37,728 nt of DNA from Bacillota bacterium (GCA_050942765.1 JBMNNY010000002.1:1-37728); one strand, 5' to 3'; shown: positions 28,578 to 37,383, counted from the first letter of the stretch. Notes: generated by a model from the letters alone, not told the origin. A program made the numbers and translations.

Positions 28578-28889
28578 TTAACTCACAACCTTGTCCACAA
28601 TTAGTTGTGCCGCTTTATCAAGCCGTTTTTTAGCCGACGCAATAATTTCCTCTGCCTCTTTCGAAGCGCGGGCAGCTTCTTGATTAGCGGCTTCCCTGGC
28701 TTCCTGCTCCGTGCGGGCGATTAAATCCTGCACGCCTCTTTTGGCCGATACTTCAGCTTGCTTTAGCAATGTAACGGCTTTCTGCCTGGCTTCTTTAATA
28801 ATATTCTGTGCGTATTCACGGGCTTCTGCAACAATCCGCTCGGATTCAGCCTCTGCGGCCTGTACTTCATTAAGTACTTCCCGTACCAC
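28578..28889 (-). CDS. A/V-type ATP synthase subunit H/G (peripheral stalk), 103 aa
   Basis: Ala/Glu/Lys-rich coiled coil [13 protein letters not shown]..; GTG 28889 follows GGGGGTGG; first gene of the operon. Confidence 0.85.
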   Translation of the reverse strand: MVREVLNEVQAAEAESERIVAEAREYAQNIIKEARQKAVTLLKQAEVSAKRGVQDLIARTEQEAREAANQEAARASKEAEEIIASAKKRLDKAAQLIVDKVVS

Positions 28890-28945
28890 GATCCCACCCC
28901 CGGTGTACCATATACCTAATGTCAAATGACGCACAATTAAAATCA

Positions 28946-28972
28946 ATTCTTCACAAATTCCAAAATACCTTC
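28946..28972 (-). promoter_or_regulatory. sigma-H-like promoter (GAAGGT-N17-GAAT) of the ATPase operon
   Basis: One mismatch to consensus, correct orientation and distance. Confidence 0.45.
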
Positions 28973-29000
28973 TTGATTTTCTCACACATTCAGCACAAGG

Positions 29001-29072
29001 CACAAGGGGACGGTTCTTCTGTGTCAATTGTATCCTAAACCCTATATGACACAGAAGAACCGTCCCCTTGTG
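29001..29072. repeat. REP-like palindromic element, second copy (perfect 26-bp arms)
   Basis: CACAAGGGGACGGTTCTTCTGTGTCA / TGACACAGAAGAACCGTCCCCTTGTG. Confidence 0.9.
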
Positions 29073-29078
29073 TCCCTT

Positions 29079-29234
29079 TAGGATGTTCAAAGAAGGCCCT
29101 GCCGTATCTTTAAGCGGATCCCCGACTGTATCGCCTACGACAACTGCCATATGGCTGTTAGTACCTTTCCCGCCAGGCTCACACTCTATGTGTTTCTTGG
29201 CGTTGTCCCAGGAGCCCCCCGAATTAGCCATCAT
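29079..29234 (-). pseudogene. hppA: Fragment of membrane-bound H+/Na+-translocating pyrophosphatase (C-terminal conserved region)
   Basis: [44 protein letters not shown] is the family signature; only about 52 codons remain. Confidence 0.9.
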
Positions 29235-29306
29235 TTTAAACTGATAGCGCTGTGCGAACATTGGCATCGGTCGCCGCCAGCACCCCGATTAGCCCCGCTG
29301 CGGCAG

Positions 29307-29339
29307 AAAAAAATCCCCCTGACAAAGATGCAAAGGGGA
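29307..29339 (-). terminator. Intrinsic terminator after the tagO-like gene
   Basis: TCCCCTTTGCATCTTTGTCAGGGGGA followed by T7 on the minus strand. Confidence 0.7.
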
Positions 29340-29410
29340 CCACAATCGGGCTACTGTACCCGTAGTTACTGTATGTTGTGGGTGTCTGACTATATGCCTA
29401 AGTCTTGCCC

Positions 29411-30496
29411 TCACCCGGTTATATTGCCCGAGCCTGAACTCGGACCATGCCCGGACCCTGGTACGTGCCCATGCCTGGGTTCGTGCTTAATGACGCCAAT
29501 CTTATAGCCGCCATATACTCCAGTACCCAAAAACGCCATAAAGAAAAGCGCACTGACCGGAACGTCACTTACAGTCGAAATCAAGGCCGCGCCACCCAGC
29601 ACAGCGCTAATCAAATAAAGGATCAATACGGTCTGGCGCTGCGACAGTCCCAGATCCAGCATTTTATGATGTAAATGTCCGCGATCCGCCGCCATTATGG
29701 GTTGTCTCGCCTTGACGCGCCGCACAATCGCCAATAAGGTATCGAAAAACGGCACTCCCAGCGCCAGCACCGGAATCACGAGCGTCACAGCAGTGGCGGC
29801 TTTGAGAGCTCCCTGTACTGAAATGACACCCAATATGTATCCGAGCAGCAGCGCTCCGCCATCCCCCATAAAAACCTTAGCCGGATAAAAATTAAATAGT
29901 AAAAATGCCAAAGTAGCGCCGACCAGGATGCTACACATAATGGCGGCCAAAACTTGTCCTTTCATAATGGCAATGAAAAACAATGTGCTGCCGGCGATCG
30001 CCGTGACTCCGCCTGCCAGTCCGTCCAAGCCATCGATCAGGTTGATCATGTTCATCATGGCAACCATCCAGAATATCGTTAGCGGTATCCCCAAACCGGC
30101 TCCAATCTCAGTAAACCCGCCCAAAGGATGCGAGATACATCGGATACGCACACCGAAGGCAACTACGATCAGTGCCACTACGATTTGTACGGCCAGTTTG
30201 ACTGGGGCGCTCAGTCTGTATAAGTCATCCAAAAAACCGAGTACAAAAATGACGGTCGCGCCAAGAGCAATACCAATCTTGGCAGGACCGTCCGGAGCGC
30301 TGTACAAGAATACAGCGCCAAATGCCAGAAAAATGGCCAAACCTCCACTGCGGGGAGTTGTGTACCTGTTAATGTGTCTCCCACCCGGACGATCAACAGC
30401 GTTTAGGGCAAACCCAATTTGCCGCGCCACCGGAGTCAGCACTAAAGCAATCAAGAAAGCCGCAGCAGCCATTGCCATGTATTTGTAATATGCCAT
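29411..30496 (-). CDS. tagO: Undecaprenyl-phosphate GlcNAc-1-phosphate transferase (TagO/WecA, MraY-like family)
   Basis: PRSGGLA, GFLDD, NLIDGLDGLA, FNFYPAKVFMGDGG, ADRGHLHH. Confidence 0.88.
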   Translation of the reverse strand: MAYYKYMAMAAAAFLIALVLTPVARQIGFALNAVDRPGGRHINRYTTPRSGGLAIFLAFGAVFLYSAPDGPAKIGIALGATVIFVLGFLDDLYRLSAPVKLAVQIVVALIVVAFGVRIRCISHPLGGFTEIGAGLGIPLTIFWMVAMMNMINLIDGLDGLAGGVTAIAGSTLFFIAIMKGQVLAAIMCSILVGATLAFLLFNFYPAKVFMGDGGALLLGYILGVISVQGALKAATAVTLVIPVLALGVPFFDTLLAIVRRVKARQPIMAADRGHLHHKMLDLGLSQRQTVLILYLISAVLGGAALISTVSDVPVSALFFMAFLGTGVYGGYKIGVIKHEPRHGHVPGSGHGPSSGSGNITG

Positions 30497-30503
30497 CTCT
30501 GTT

Positions 30504-30968
30504 TCACCCCTGTACGGTTCTATTGGGGATGAACCGCACTACTTCGATGCCAGCTTCCTGAAGAAGCTCAGCACTGAGCTGATCAGGATACTCATCCCGG
30601 TAGACTACCTTTGTGATACCGGCATTGATTAGCATCTTGGCACAGAGCACGCAGGGATGGTTGCTACAATATAGTGTGCTTCCGCCAAGTCCGACACCGT
30701 GCAAAGCGCCCTGTATAATGGCGTTCTGCTCGGCATGAATCGCCCGGCAAAGCTCGTGACGCTCGCCTGATGGAATATGACGCTGTTCCCTAAGACACCC
30801 GACTTCGGAACAATGCTTGACGCCCGCAGGCGCACCATTATATCCGGTCGTCAGAATACGCTTATCCCTGACGATGACTGCGCCGATTTGACGACGCAGG
30901 CAGGTGGACCGCTTGGCTACGACTTCGGTGAGTTCCATAAAATAGTCATCCCAGGAAGGACGGGTCAT
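30504..30968 (-). CDS. dCMP deaminase (ComEB-like)
   Basis: [31 protein letters not shown]. Confidence 0.92.
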   Translation of the reverse strand: MTRPSWDDYFMELTEVVAKRSTCLRRQIGAVIVRDKRILTTGYNGAPAGVKHCSEVGCLREQRHIPSGERHELCRAIHAEQNAIIQGALHGVGLGGSTLYCSNHPCVLCAKMLINAGITKVVYRDEYPDQLSAELLQEAGIEVVRFIPNRTVQG

Positions 30969-31009
30969 CGCGTCATCACCAAAACCTCTCAGATCAGAAT
31001 TAAATCGTC

Positions 31010-31636
31010 CTATTTTGTTCCAAATAGCCGATCGCCGGCATCGCCCAATCCGGGGATGATATAACCATGCGAATTAAGATGATCATCGATCGCGGCGGTG
31101 TAAATGTCAATTTCCGGATGTTCGCTCTGTACCCTCTTAATTCCTTCTGGAGCAGCAATCAGGCACATGAATTTAATGCTACGTGCCCCACGCTCTTTAA
31201 GAAAGCGGATACTGGCCACAGCAGAACCGCCTGTCGCAAGCATTGGATCGACCAGAATCAAATCACGCTCCGTCAGATCAGACGGCAGCTTACAATAATA
31301 CTCTACTGGCTGCAGAGTTTCCGGATCGCGGTAGACTCCGATATGCCCAACCTTTGCTACCGGTATCAGCCGCAGAATCCCGGAAGTCATCCCAAGGCCG
31401 GCGCGCAAGATAGGGATGATCCCAATCTTCCTGCCAGACAAAACTTTGGTTTTGGCCATGGCGACTGGTGTCTCAACCTCAGTTTCTTCCAAAGGCATGT
31501 CCCTGGTAACCTCGTAAGCCATTAAGGAAGCGACTTCCTCAATCAACTCCCGAAAATCTTTGGGACTGGTGTTTTTGTCCCGAATAAAGGTCAGCTTATG
31601 TTGAATTAGCGGATGATCGATTACATGAACGGCCAA
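31010..31636 (-). CDS. upp: Uracil phosphoribosyltransferase
   Basis: [43 protein letters not shown]. Confidence 0.98.
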   Translation of the reverse strand: MAVHVIDHPLIQHKLTFIRDKNTSPKDFRELIEEVASLMAYEVTRDMPLEETEVETPVAMAKTKVLSGRKIGIIPILRAGLGMTSGILRLIPVAKVGHIGVYRDPETLQPVEYYCKLPSDLTERDLILVDPMLATGGSAVASIRFLKERGARSIKFMCLIAAPEGIKRVQSEHPEIDIYTAAIDDHLNSHGYIIPGLGDAGDRLFGTK

Positions 31637-31701
31637 TACACATTCCTCCTAAATGTAGCCTAGTGATACACGCCGCTGCCGCTACCCCACTTCTTTTTAC
31701 G

Positions 31702-32148
31702 CTAGCACCGATTTTTGTCCAGCTGACATATCTGTTCAACACGTCTGGTGTGACGTCCGCCTTCGAAATCGGTCTTTAAAAAGATGTCCACGATATCGAG
31801 TGCCAGCCCGGCACCGATCACGCGCGCACCTAGTGTCAGCACATTGGCATCATTATGCATGCGCGTCATCCTGGCCGAAAAAGTATCGTGGCACAACGCT
31901 GCCCGAATCCCACTGACTTTATTGGCGGAAATGGATACGCCAATGCCGGTGCCGCAAACCAGAATGCCAAATCTAAATTGCCCGTTGGCTACTGCCCCGG
32001 CCACTGTCTGCGCAATCAGCGGGTAATCGCATGACTCTTGCGAATGAGTCCCAAAATCCTCAAATTCGATGCCAGATTTACTCAAATGAGACTTGATCTC
32101 TTCCTTTAAGATAAAACCGGCGTGATCGCTTCCGATCGCCACACGCAC
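31702..32148 (-). CDS. rpiB: Ribose-5-phosphate isomerase B
   Basis: GSDHAG, CGTGIG, ANKV.GIRAA, HNDANVL, FEGGRH. Confidence 0.96.
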   Translation of the reverse strand: MRVAIGSDHAGFILKEEIKSHLSKSGIEFEDFGTHSQESCDYPLIAQTVAGAVANGQFRFGILVCGTGIGVSISANKVSGIRAALCHDTFSARMTRMHNDANVLTLGARVIGAGLALDIVDIFLKTDFEGGRHTRRVEQICQLDKNRC

Positions 32149-32165
32149 AATAAGCACCACCCTTT

Positions 32166-33062
32166 TTAGTCTTGATCAGGCTGTTGAGTCGGGTCATCCA
32201 ACTGATCCGGCGCCACTTCTGCATCCCTTGCTGCCTGTTCCGGCGCAGTCTGCTCTTGTGTAGTCTGTTCATTCATAGTCTGTTCACCAGTAGACTGTTC
32301 CTTTCGCGTCTGTTCCGGCGCAGTCTGCTCTGGCGCAGATTGCTCCGGCGCCTGCTTTTTCTCGGCCGATGCCTGATCGTCCAAGAATTGCAGTACAAAA
32401 TCAAGATGCTCAGAAATGGAGTCGGCGCATTCCTCATATTCGGCAAGATCGCCGCCGTAAGGGTCGGCAATATCGGGCGGACTACCCAGCAATTGATTCA
32501 ACTGCTTAATATTTACGCCTATTTCCGTTATGAGCTGGCCAGAAATGCGACGCAACTCGGCCTCAACCTTGATTAGTTCGTTGCGCAAAGCTTCACGCCT
32601 GGCCTCCAACTCCCTAATCTGCTTCAGCGGCTCCAGTCCCATTAGTTTCCGGGCTGCTTCACGAATCTCCGTGCGGAAACTGTCCGCCTCCTCCGGTTCA
32701 GCTTTCGTTAGGGCCGTCAACTCTGCCAGAGTATAGACTTTGCTCAGCGCTTCAGGAACGAGCGCTAAAACAGCTTTCTTATGGTTACGGGTCATGGTAA
32801 TCACAAGATCGGCATTGATTATGTCGGAAGCCTCAAGTAACTTTGACTGATGCCCCGATAAATCGAGATTTCTGTTTTTCATGGCTGCAATGGCATTCTC
32901 AGAAGCCGGTCCTCCTAAAAAAGCGGAAACTCCAGCTGAAGACACAACAATGTCCTTTGCCCATGATGCAGAATGCTTGGCCAGCTTACTGCGCAGCAGA
33001 GCTTCCGCCATCGGGCTTCGGCAAGTGTTTCCACTACATACAATCAGAATTCTTCTGATCAT
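32166..33062 (-). CDS. ywlE: Low-molecular-weight protein arginine phosphatase with an internal coiled-coil insertion and repetitive tail
   Basis: P-loop CSGNTCRS (Thr typical of YwlE), SAG, DIADPYGG; position between sua5 and rpiB; GGAGG RBS before ATG 33062. Confidence 0.85.
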   Translation of the reverse strand: MIRRILIVCSGNTCRSPMAEALLRSKLAKHSASWAKDIVVSSAGVSAFLGGPASENAIAAMKNRNLDLSGHQSKLLEASDIINADLVITMTRNHKKAVLALVPEALSKVYTLAELTALTKAEPEEADSFRTEIREAARKLMGLEPLKQIRELEARREALRNELIKVEAELRRISGQLITEIGVNIKQLNQLLGSPPDIADPYGGDLAEYEECADSISEHLDFVLQFLDDQASAEKKQAPEQSAPEQTAPEQTRKEQSTGEQTMNEQTTQEQTAPEQAARDAEVAPDQLDDPTQQPDQD

Positions 33063-33181
33063 TTTCTGCGAACCTCCTGCCAAACAAATAACGCCTAGTG
33101 CCCCGTTGGAGTAATCGGTAATGCCTAAGCAATCAACATGGCCAAACTAATCGGCTTGATCTTATGATCCATTTGGATAAT

Positions 33182-33209
33182 TTTCCGCTTTACTCCCCTT
33201 TTTTCCTGC
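33182..33209 (-). promoter_or_regulatory. sigma-H-like promoter (GCAGGA-N18-GAAA)
   Basis: Consensus match upstream of ywlE. Confidence 0.45.
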
Positions 33210-33241
33210 CCGCTTTTTGGGCGAATCCCAATTTCACATTC

Positions 33242-33280
33242 AAATTGCTCTGGTAAATTGCTCTGACAAATTGCTCTGGC
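33242..33280. repeat. 3 x 13-bp direct repeat AAATTGCTCTG(GT/AC/GC)
   Basis: Directly visible just after the sua5 stop codon. Confidence 0.85.
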
Positions 33281-33284
33281 TTCC

Positions 33285-34376
33285 TTAACGAGCACGTATG
33301 ATGTCTCCGCCGGAAGCTTTCCATAGACGGTTCATGACGGCATATCCCAGGCCAGCTTGTTCTGTGCATTCCGCCAGAATAATATTGGCTCCGCTGTCAT
33401 CCAATTCCCTGAGGGCGGCAAACAAATGCTGCGCTGCTTCCTGAGGCCGTTCCCGCTCTCCCAGGACAATCACAATATCAGCTTTATATTGGGCGGCGTT
33501 CTCTTTGCTGGCCAGCACCGCCACCTTGCTTCTGCGCGCCTGCCAGGAAGCAATTTCCTTACGAATGGCAGCTGCTACCTTGTCCACTTCGCCGACTACA
33601 AGCAGCAGCTTGGCTTTCGGGGCGTAATGACGGTATTTCATTCCCGGGGCGCGAGGTACTCCTTCAGTTTCGGCAATCTCCAGTCCGGGAACAATTAAAT
33701 CAGGAAGATACTTAAGCAGCTCTTCAACAGGAGTCCCTCCCGGCCTTAATATCACTGGAACCGGTCCGGCCAAATCCAATACGGTTGATTCCACGCCGAC
33801 TTCGCACGAACCCCCATCCAGAATTAGATCGATCTTTCCGGCCAGATCATGATAAACATGCTCTGCACTGGTAGGGCTGGGGCTGCCGGAAACATTGGCA
33901 CTCGGGGCGGCTACTGGCACGCCGGCTGTGCGGATCATCTCCCGCGCATATTCATTGGCAGGCAGCCTGATTCCGACTGTATCAAGCCCTGCGGTGACAA
34001 CCTTTGGTACAGCTGAACTCACCGGCAACACCATCGTGAGCGGACCGGGCCAGAACTTCTCGGCCAATAGCCGGGCAATCTCCGGAAAACTGCTCACCAG
34101 CGGCAGTGCTTCTTCCCATTTACTAATATGTACAATGAGTGGATTATCTGCGGGACGGCCTTTCGCTGCAAAAATTGACTTAACGGCCTTCTCATTAAGC
34201 GCGTTCGCGCCAAGGCCGTAAACCGTTTCGGTCGGAAATGCCACCAATCCGCCATTTTGCAGGATGGTGGCGGCTTTGGAGATGGCATCCCCGCGGCTAT
34301 GTGGATCCTTTACATCGAGGACCAGTGTGGTTGTGCTGCCTTTATCGATCCTATTATCTAATTCATCATGCTTCAT
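33285..34376 (-). CDS. sua5: L-threonylcarbamoyladenylate synthase (Sua5/YwlC)
   Basis: VAFPTETVYGLGA, KGRPADNPLIVH, AAPSAN.SG, PGMKYRHYAP, C-terminal SUA5 domain. Confidence 0.96.
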   Translation of the reverse strand: MKHDELDNRIDKGSTTTLVLDVKDPHSRGDAISKAATILQNGGLVAFPTETVYGLGANALNEKAVKSIFAAKGRPADNPLIVHISKWEEALPLVSSFPEIARLLAEKFWPGPLTMVLPVSSAVPKVVTAGLDTVGIRLPANEYAREMIRTAGVPVAAPSANVSGSPSPTSAEHVYHDLAGKIDLILDGGSCEVGVESTVLDLAGPVPVILRPGGTPVEELLKYLPDLIVPGLEIAETEGVPRAPGMKYRHYAPKAKLLLVVGEVDKVAAAIRKEIASWQARRSKVAVLASKENAAQYKADIVIVLGERERPQEAAQHLFAALRELDDSGANIILAECTEQAGLGYAVMNRLWKASGGDIIRAR

Positions 34377-34447
34377 GATGCTCTCCTCCCCACGCCCATC
34401 CTCTGGCTATCGCATCAATAATACCACAATACTACGTTTTAATACTT

Positions 34448-34474
34448 ATTCTTTACCAATTTGCGCCGTCCTGC
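34448..34474 (-). promoter_or_regulatory. sigma-H-like promoter (GCAGGA-N17-GAAT)
   Basis: Exact consensus match upstream of sua5. Confidence 0.6.
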
Positions 34475-34501
34475 ATGATATCATTCGGGTTTGCGGATAA
34501 A

Positions 34502-35506
34502 CTAACAAGGAAGGCGCGTAGCGCTGTGATCGCTTTCCCACTGCTCATAAATGCGCCTGATTGTGGTTTCCACGTCCGGATCCTGCAAACTGATATCAGC
34601 CCACTTGTATTTGCGCGACAGGTCTTCAATAAGCGGTGCCACACCATTTCCGTTGGAATGGAACGCATAGGTTACTTTCCGTCCTTCCTTGGCGATGATC
34701 CTGGCACCTGCAATACTCTGATCATCGTATTCCTCCGCAAAATCCACTACTAACCTGCGTTCTCCGCCAAAGCGGCTGACCAGTTCCGCCAGGGCACCGT
34801 CGAAAAGCACTTTTCCGTGATCGATCATCATAACTCGGCGGCAGAGTTTAGCTACGTCACCCAGATCATGCGTTGTCAGGATGACGGTGGTCTTCTTCTC
34901 ACAGTTAATGGTGGCAATAAACTGGCGAATGCGCTCTTTGGCCAGCACATCCAGCCCGATGGTCGGTTCATCCAAAAAGACAATCTCAGGATCATGCAAA
35001 AAGGCTGCTGCCAGGTCGGCGCGCATTCTCTGTCCCAGTGACAGACTGCGCACCGGAGTGTTCAGGAATTCGGACAGCCCTAAAAGGTCCGTAAACATTT
35101 CCAAATTGCGACGGTATTGCTGTTGCGGAATTTTATAGATAGTCCTCAGTAAATCCATTGTTTCAATGACTGGCAGGTCCCACCATAAGGTGGTGCGCTG
35201 TCCGAAAACCACTCCCATCCGCCGGGCATGTTTTACACGCTCGCGCCATGGGACAATACCGCCAATCGTAAGCTCTCCGGATGTAGGCACCAGAATGCCG
35301 GTCAGCATTTTGATAGTCGTGGATTTACCAGCCCCATTGGGCCCCAGGTAGCCCACCAACTCACCGGCAGCGATGCGGAAGCTAATCTGATCCACCGCCC
35401 GTACAATAGTGTGGCTGGTACTGAACATGTTGCGAACCGCTCCGAAAAAGCCGCGGCGGTGCTGATAGATTTTGTACTCCTTGACCAGTTCTTTGGCGAC
35501 AATCAA
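34502..35506 (-). CDS. ABC transporter ATP-binding protein (ABC-2 exporter)
   Basis: GPNGAGKST, VVFGQRT.LWWDLP, LSLGQRMR, FLDEPTIGLD. Confidence 0.93.
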   Translation of the reverse strand: MIVAKELVKEYKIYQHRRGFFGAVRNMFSTSHTIVRAVDQISFRIAAGELVGYLGPNGAGKSTTIKMLTGILVPTSGELTIGGIVPWRERVKHARRMGVVFGQRTTLWWDLPVIETMDLLRTIYKIPQQQYRRNLEMFTDLLGLSEFLNTPVRSLSLGQRMRADLAAAFLHDPEIVFLDEPTIGLDVLAKERIRQFIATINCEKKTTVILTTHDLGDVAKLCRRVMMIDHGKVLFDGALAELVSRFGGERRLVVDFAEEYDDQSIAGARIIAKEGRKVTYAFHSNGNGVAPLIEDLSRKYKWADISLQDPDVETTIRRIYEQWESDHSATRLPC

Positions 35507-35561
35507 TTTTTCAATGCCTCCCCATTGCGCAATAATCGTCCACTATTAGAGCGTTAGGGTG

Positions 35562-36362
35562 TTAGGATCCGGTGCTCTGGTAATGCCGGACTCCATAATC
35601 CCAAAATCGGCGTGCCAATAGAAATGCGCCCACTCCAAACAACGGAGAAAACCAGGCGATCCATGGCGGCACCCCGGCCGCAGTCAGCGGTTTACCCATA
35701 ATTGCTGCCACGGGAATGTAGTTGATAAACGCCATTGGCAGAATGTATGTGAAAAACCGTCTTAACACTGGATGGAATATGTCGAGCGGATGGCTAAGTA
35801 CTTCATTGCCTCCGTTAGTGATGATACTGAATACTTCCAGACTTTCTACGGTCCAGATTGCAACTGTCGCCTGCACGATAAAAATTGCCAAATAGAATAA
35901 AGCCCCACCTGCGATTACTGGCAGCAGGAGTGCGGCCATGCCAAACACGGTTTTCCATGCAAAAACCCGGGGCAATGCCACTGCTATAACCATCAACCCC
36001 TGGGTGAGCCTTCCGAATCGACGCAGTACAAACTCACTGGTCATCACCTGAAAAAAATGTCCCAACGGGCGCACCAGCACCTGATCAAACCCACCCTGTC
36101 GGATCATTTGCGGGAAAAGGTCAAACCCGCCACCGATCAGTTCCGCCAGGGCAAAAGAGGTATTGGTCATCCCAAGCAAGAGCGCCGTTTCCGCCAGATT
36201 CCATCCTTTGAGCGCTGGTGTATGCGTGAAAAGAATTATTGTGGCTGCCAGATCGATAAATGCATAGCAAAAATTAGCCAGCACTTCAAGCAAGAATGAT
36301 GTGCGATACTGCATTTGGCTGCGTATTCTGGCACCAATCAAGGTAAAATACAATCTAACCAC
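35562..36362 (-). CDS. ABC-2 family permease (DUF990-type)
   Basis: QMQYRTSF, GW, G.FDQVLVRP, C-terminal GVRHYQSTGS. Confidence 0.88.
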   Translation of the reverse strand: MVRLYFTLIGARIRSQMQYRTSFLLEVLANFCYAFIDLAATIILFTHTPALKGWNLAETALLLGMTNTSFALAELIGGGFDLFPQMIRQGGFDQVLVRPLGHFFQVMTSEFVLRRFGRLTQGLMVIAVALPRVFAWKTVFGMAALLLPVIAGGALFYLAIFIVQATVAIWTVESLEVFSIITNGGNEVLSHPLDIFHPVLRRFFTYILPMAFINYIPVAAIMGKPLTAAGVPPWIAWFSPLFGVGAFLLARRFWDYGVRHYQSTGS

Positions 36363-37152
36363 CCTGGATCACCACTTTTTTAGCTCCGGCGCGTAAAATG
36401 AGCCGCGCCGTAATGAGCATAGCAATCGTCCAAAACAACTGTCTGCCCAAGAGCAGAAATACTTCTTCTGTTCCTGCCGGTCTATCGAGCAATATCGCCA
36501 ACGGTATATCCAGTATTGCTGAGAAAGGTGTCAGACTCACTACCTGCTGCAACCATTCTGGAAAGAGACTGACCGGAATCGTGAAACCCATCAGAAACTC
36601 ACTGATGGCGTTGGCCATGATAGCAATTCCTCTGGCATCCAATACCCAAAATCCGATTGCGTTATAGATCATGCGCCAGGAAAAGCTGATATTCAGTGCC
36701 ATGCTCATGCTGATTAGGAACGCTAATCCCTTTAAAGCACTTAATTTCAGTTGTATTTTGAAAACCACCAGAAAAAGCAGCATTATGGGCAAACCCCGGG
36801 CGATCAGCTGGTAGGCCGCCTGGCCGCAATCACGTGCATACCACATGCTATAAAAATCAATCGGCTTGCAGAAATCCGAAATTGCTTCGCCACTCTTAAT
36901 GGCGCGCAGTAAATCCCACCCTCCGTATATCTTCAGGGGAGCAATTATGGCCTGCGTAAATCCCGCATAGATTATGATGCCGTCATGATCAAGTCCTCCT
37001 ATCTCTTTTCCAGATCCCAAGACTGCCAATAACAGATAAATTCTAAAGAATCCCCAGCAAATATTGGTGGCCATGCCAGCCAAATTAGCAGCCCGATAGA
37101 CTATTTGTCGTTTAAAGGCGATCTCCGCCAACTTCCAATAGGCGCTGAACAA
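36355..37152 (-). CDS. ABC-2 family permease (DUF990-type)
   Basis: YRAANLAG, IKSGE...KPID, PVSLFPEWL, C-terminal VVIQGG; TTG 37152 follows GGAGG. Confidence 0.88.
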   Translation of the reverse strand: MFSAYWKLAEIAFKRQIVYRAANLAGMATNICWGFFRIYLLLAVLGSGKEIGGLDHDGIIIYAGFTQAIIAPLKIYGGWDLLRAIKSGEAISDFCKPIDFYSMWYARDCGQAAYQLIARGLPIMLLFLVVFKIQLKLSALKGLAFLISMSMALNISFSWRMIYNAIGFWVLDARGIAIMANAISEFLMGFTIPVSLFPEWLQQVVSLTPFSAILDIPLAILLDRPAGTEEVFLLLGRQLFWTIAMLITARLILRAGAKKVVIQGG

Positions 37153-37349
37153 CCTTGCGTCACCTCCCAACCTGTAGCGTAGAGCTGATTAGGCAAGTCA
37201 TCGTCATTATCGAAGATCGGTTAAGCAAATACTATGCCGTTGTTGAAGGAGCGCTTTGGCGCAAGTTTGTTTTGAATGTAACAAGTGTGCATTAAACGTA
37301 AAATGTAATAAGATAAGCGGCATATGCGGCGAACGCCAGCATCAAACAC

Positions 37350-37383
37350 AAAGAACGGCGGGATCCTTATCCCACCGTTCTTT
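37350..37383 (-). terminator. Hairpin terminator
   Basis: AAAGAACGGCGGGAT-cctt-ATCCCACCGTTCTTT. Confidence 0.7.

Noticed and set aside
28578-29267. 229-aa ORF as a genuine hppA-ATPase fusion protein
   Set aside because: It reads through a palindrome and promoter region; no clear RBS at 29267, whereas GTG 28889 has one and gives a normal-sized subunit H
29340-29410. Possible structured RNA (Na+ riboswitch or transposon end) between tagO and its terminator
   Set aside because: Only short stems (CCACAA/TTGTGG, CGGG/CCCG); I could not match a known consensus; an Rfam scan would be needed
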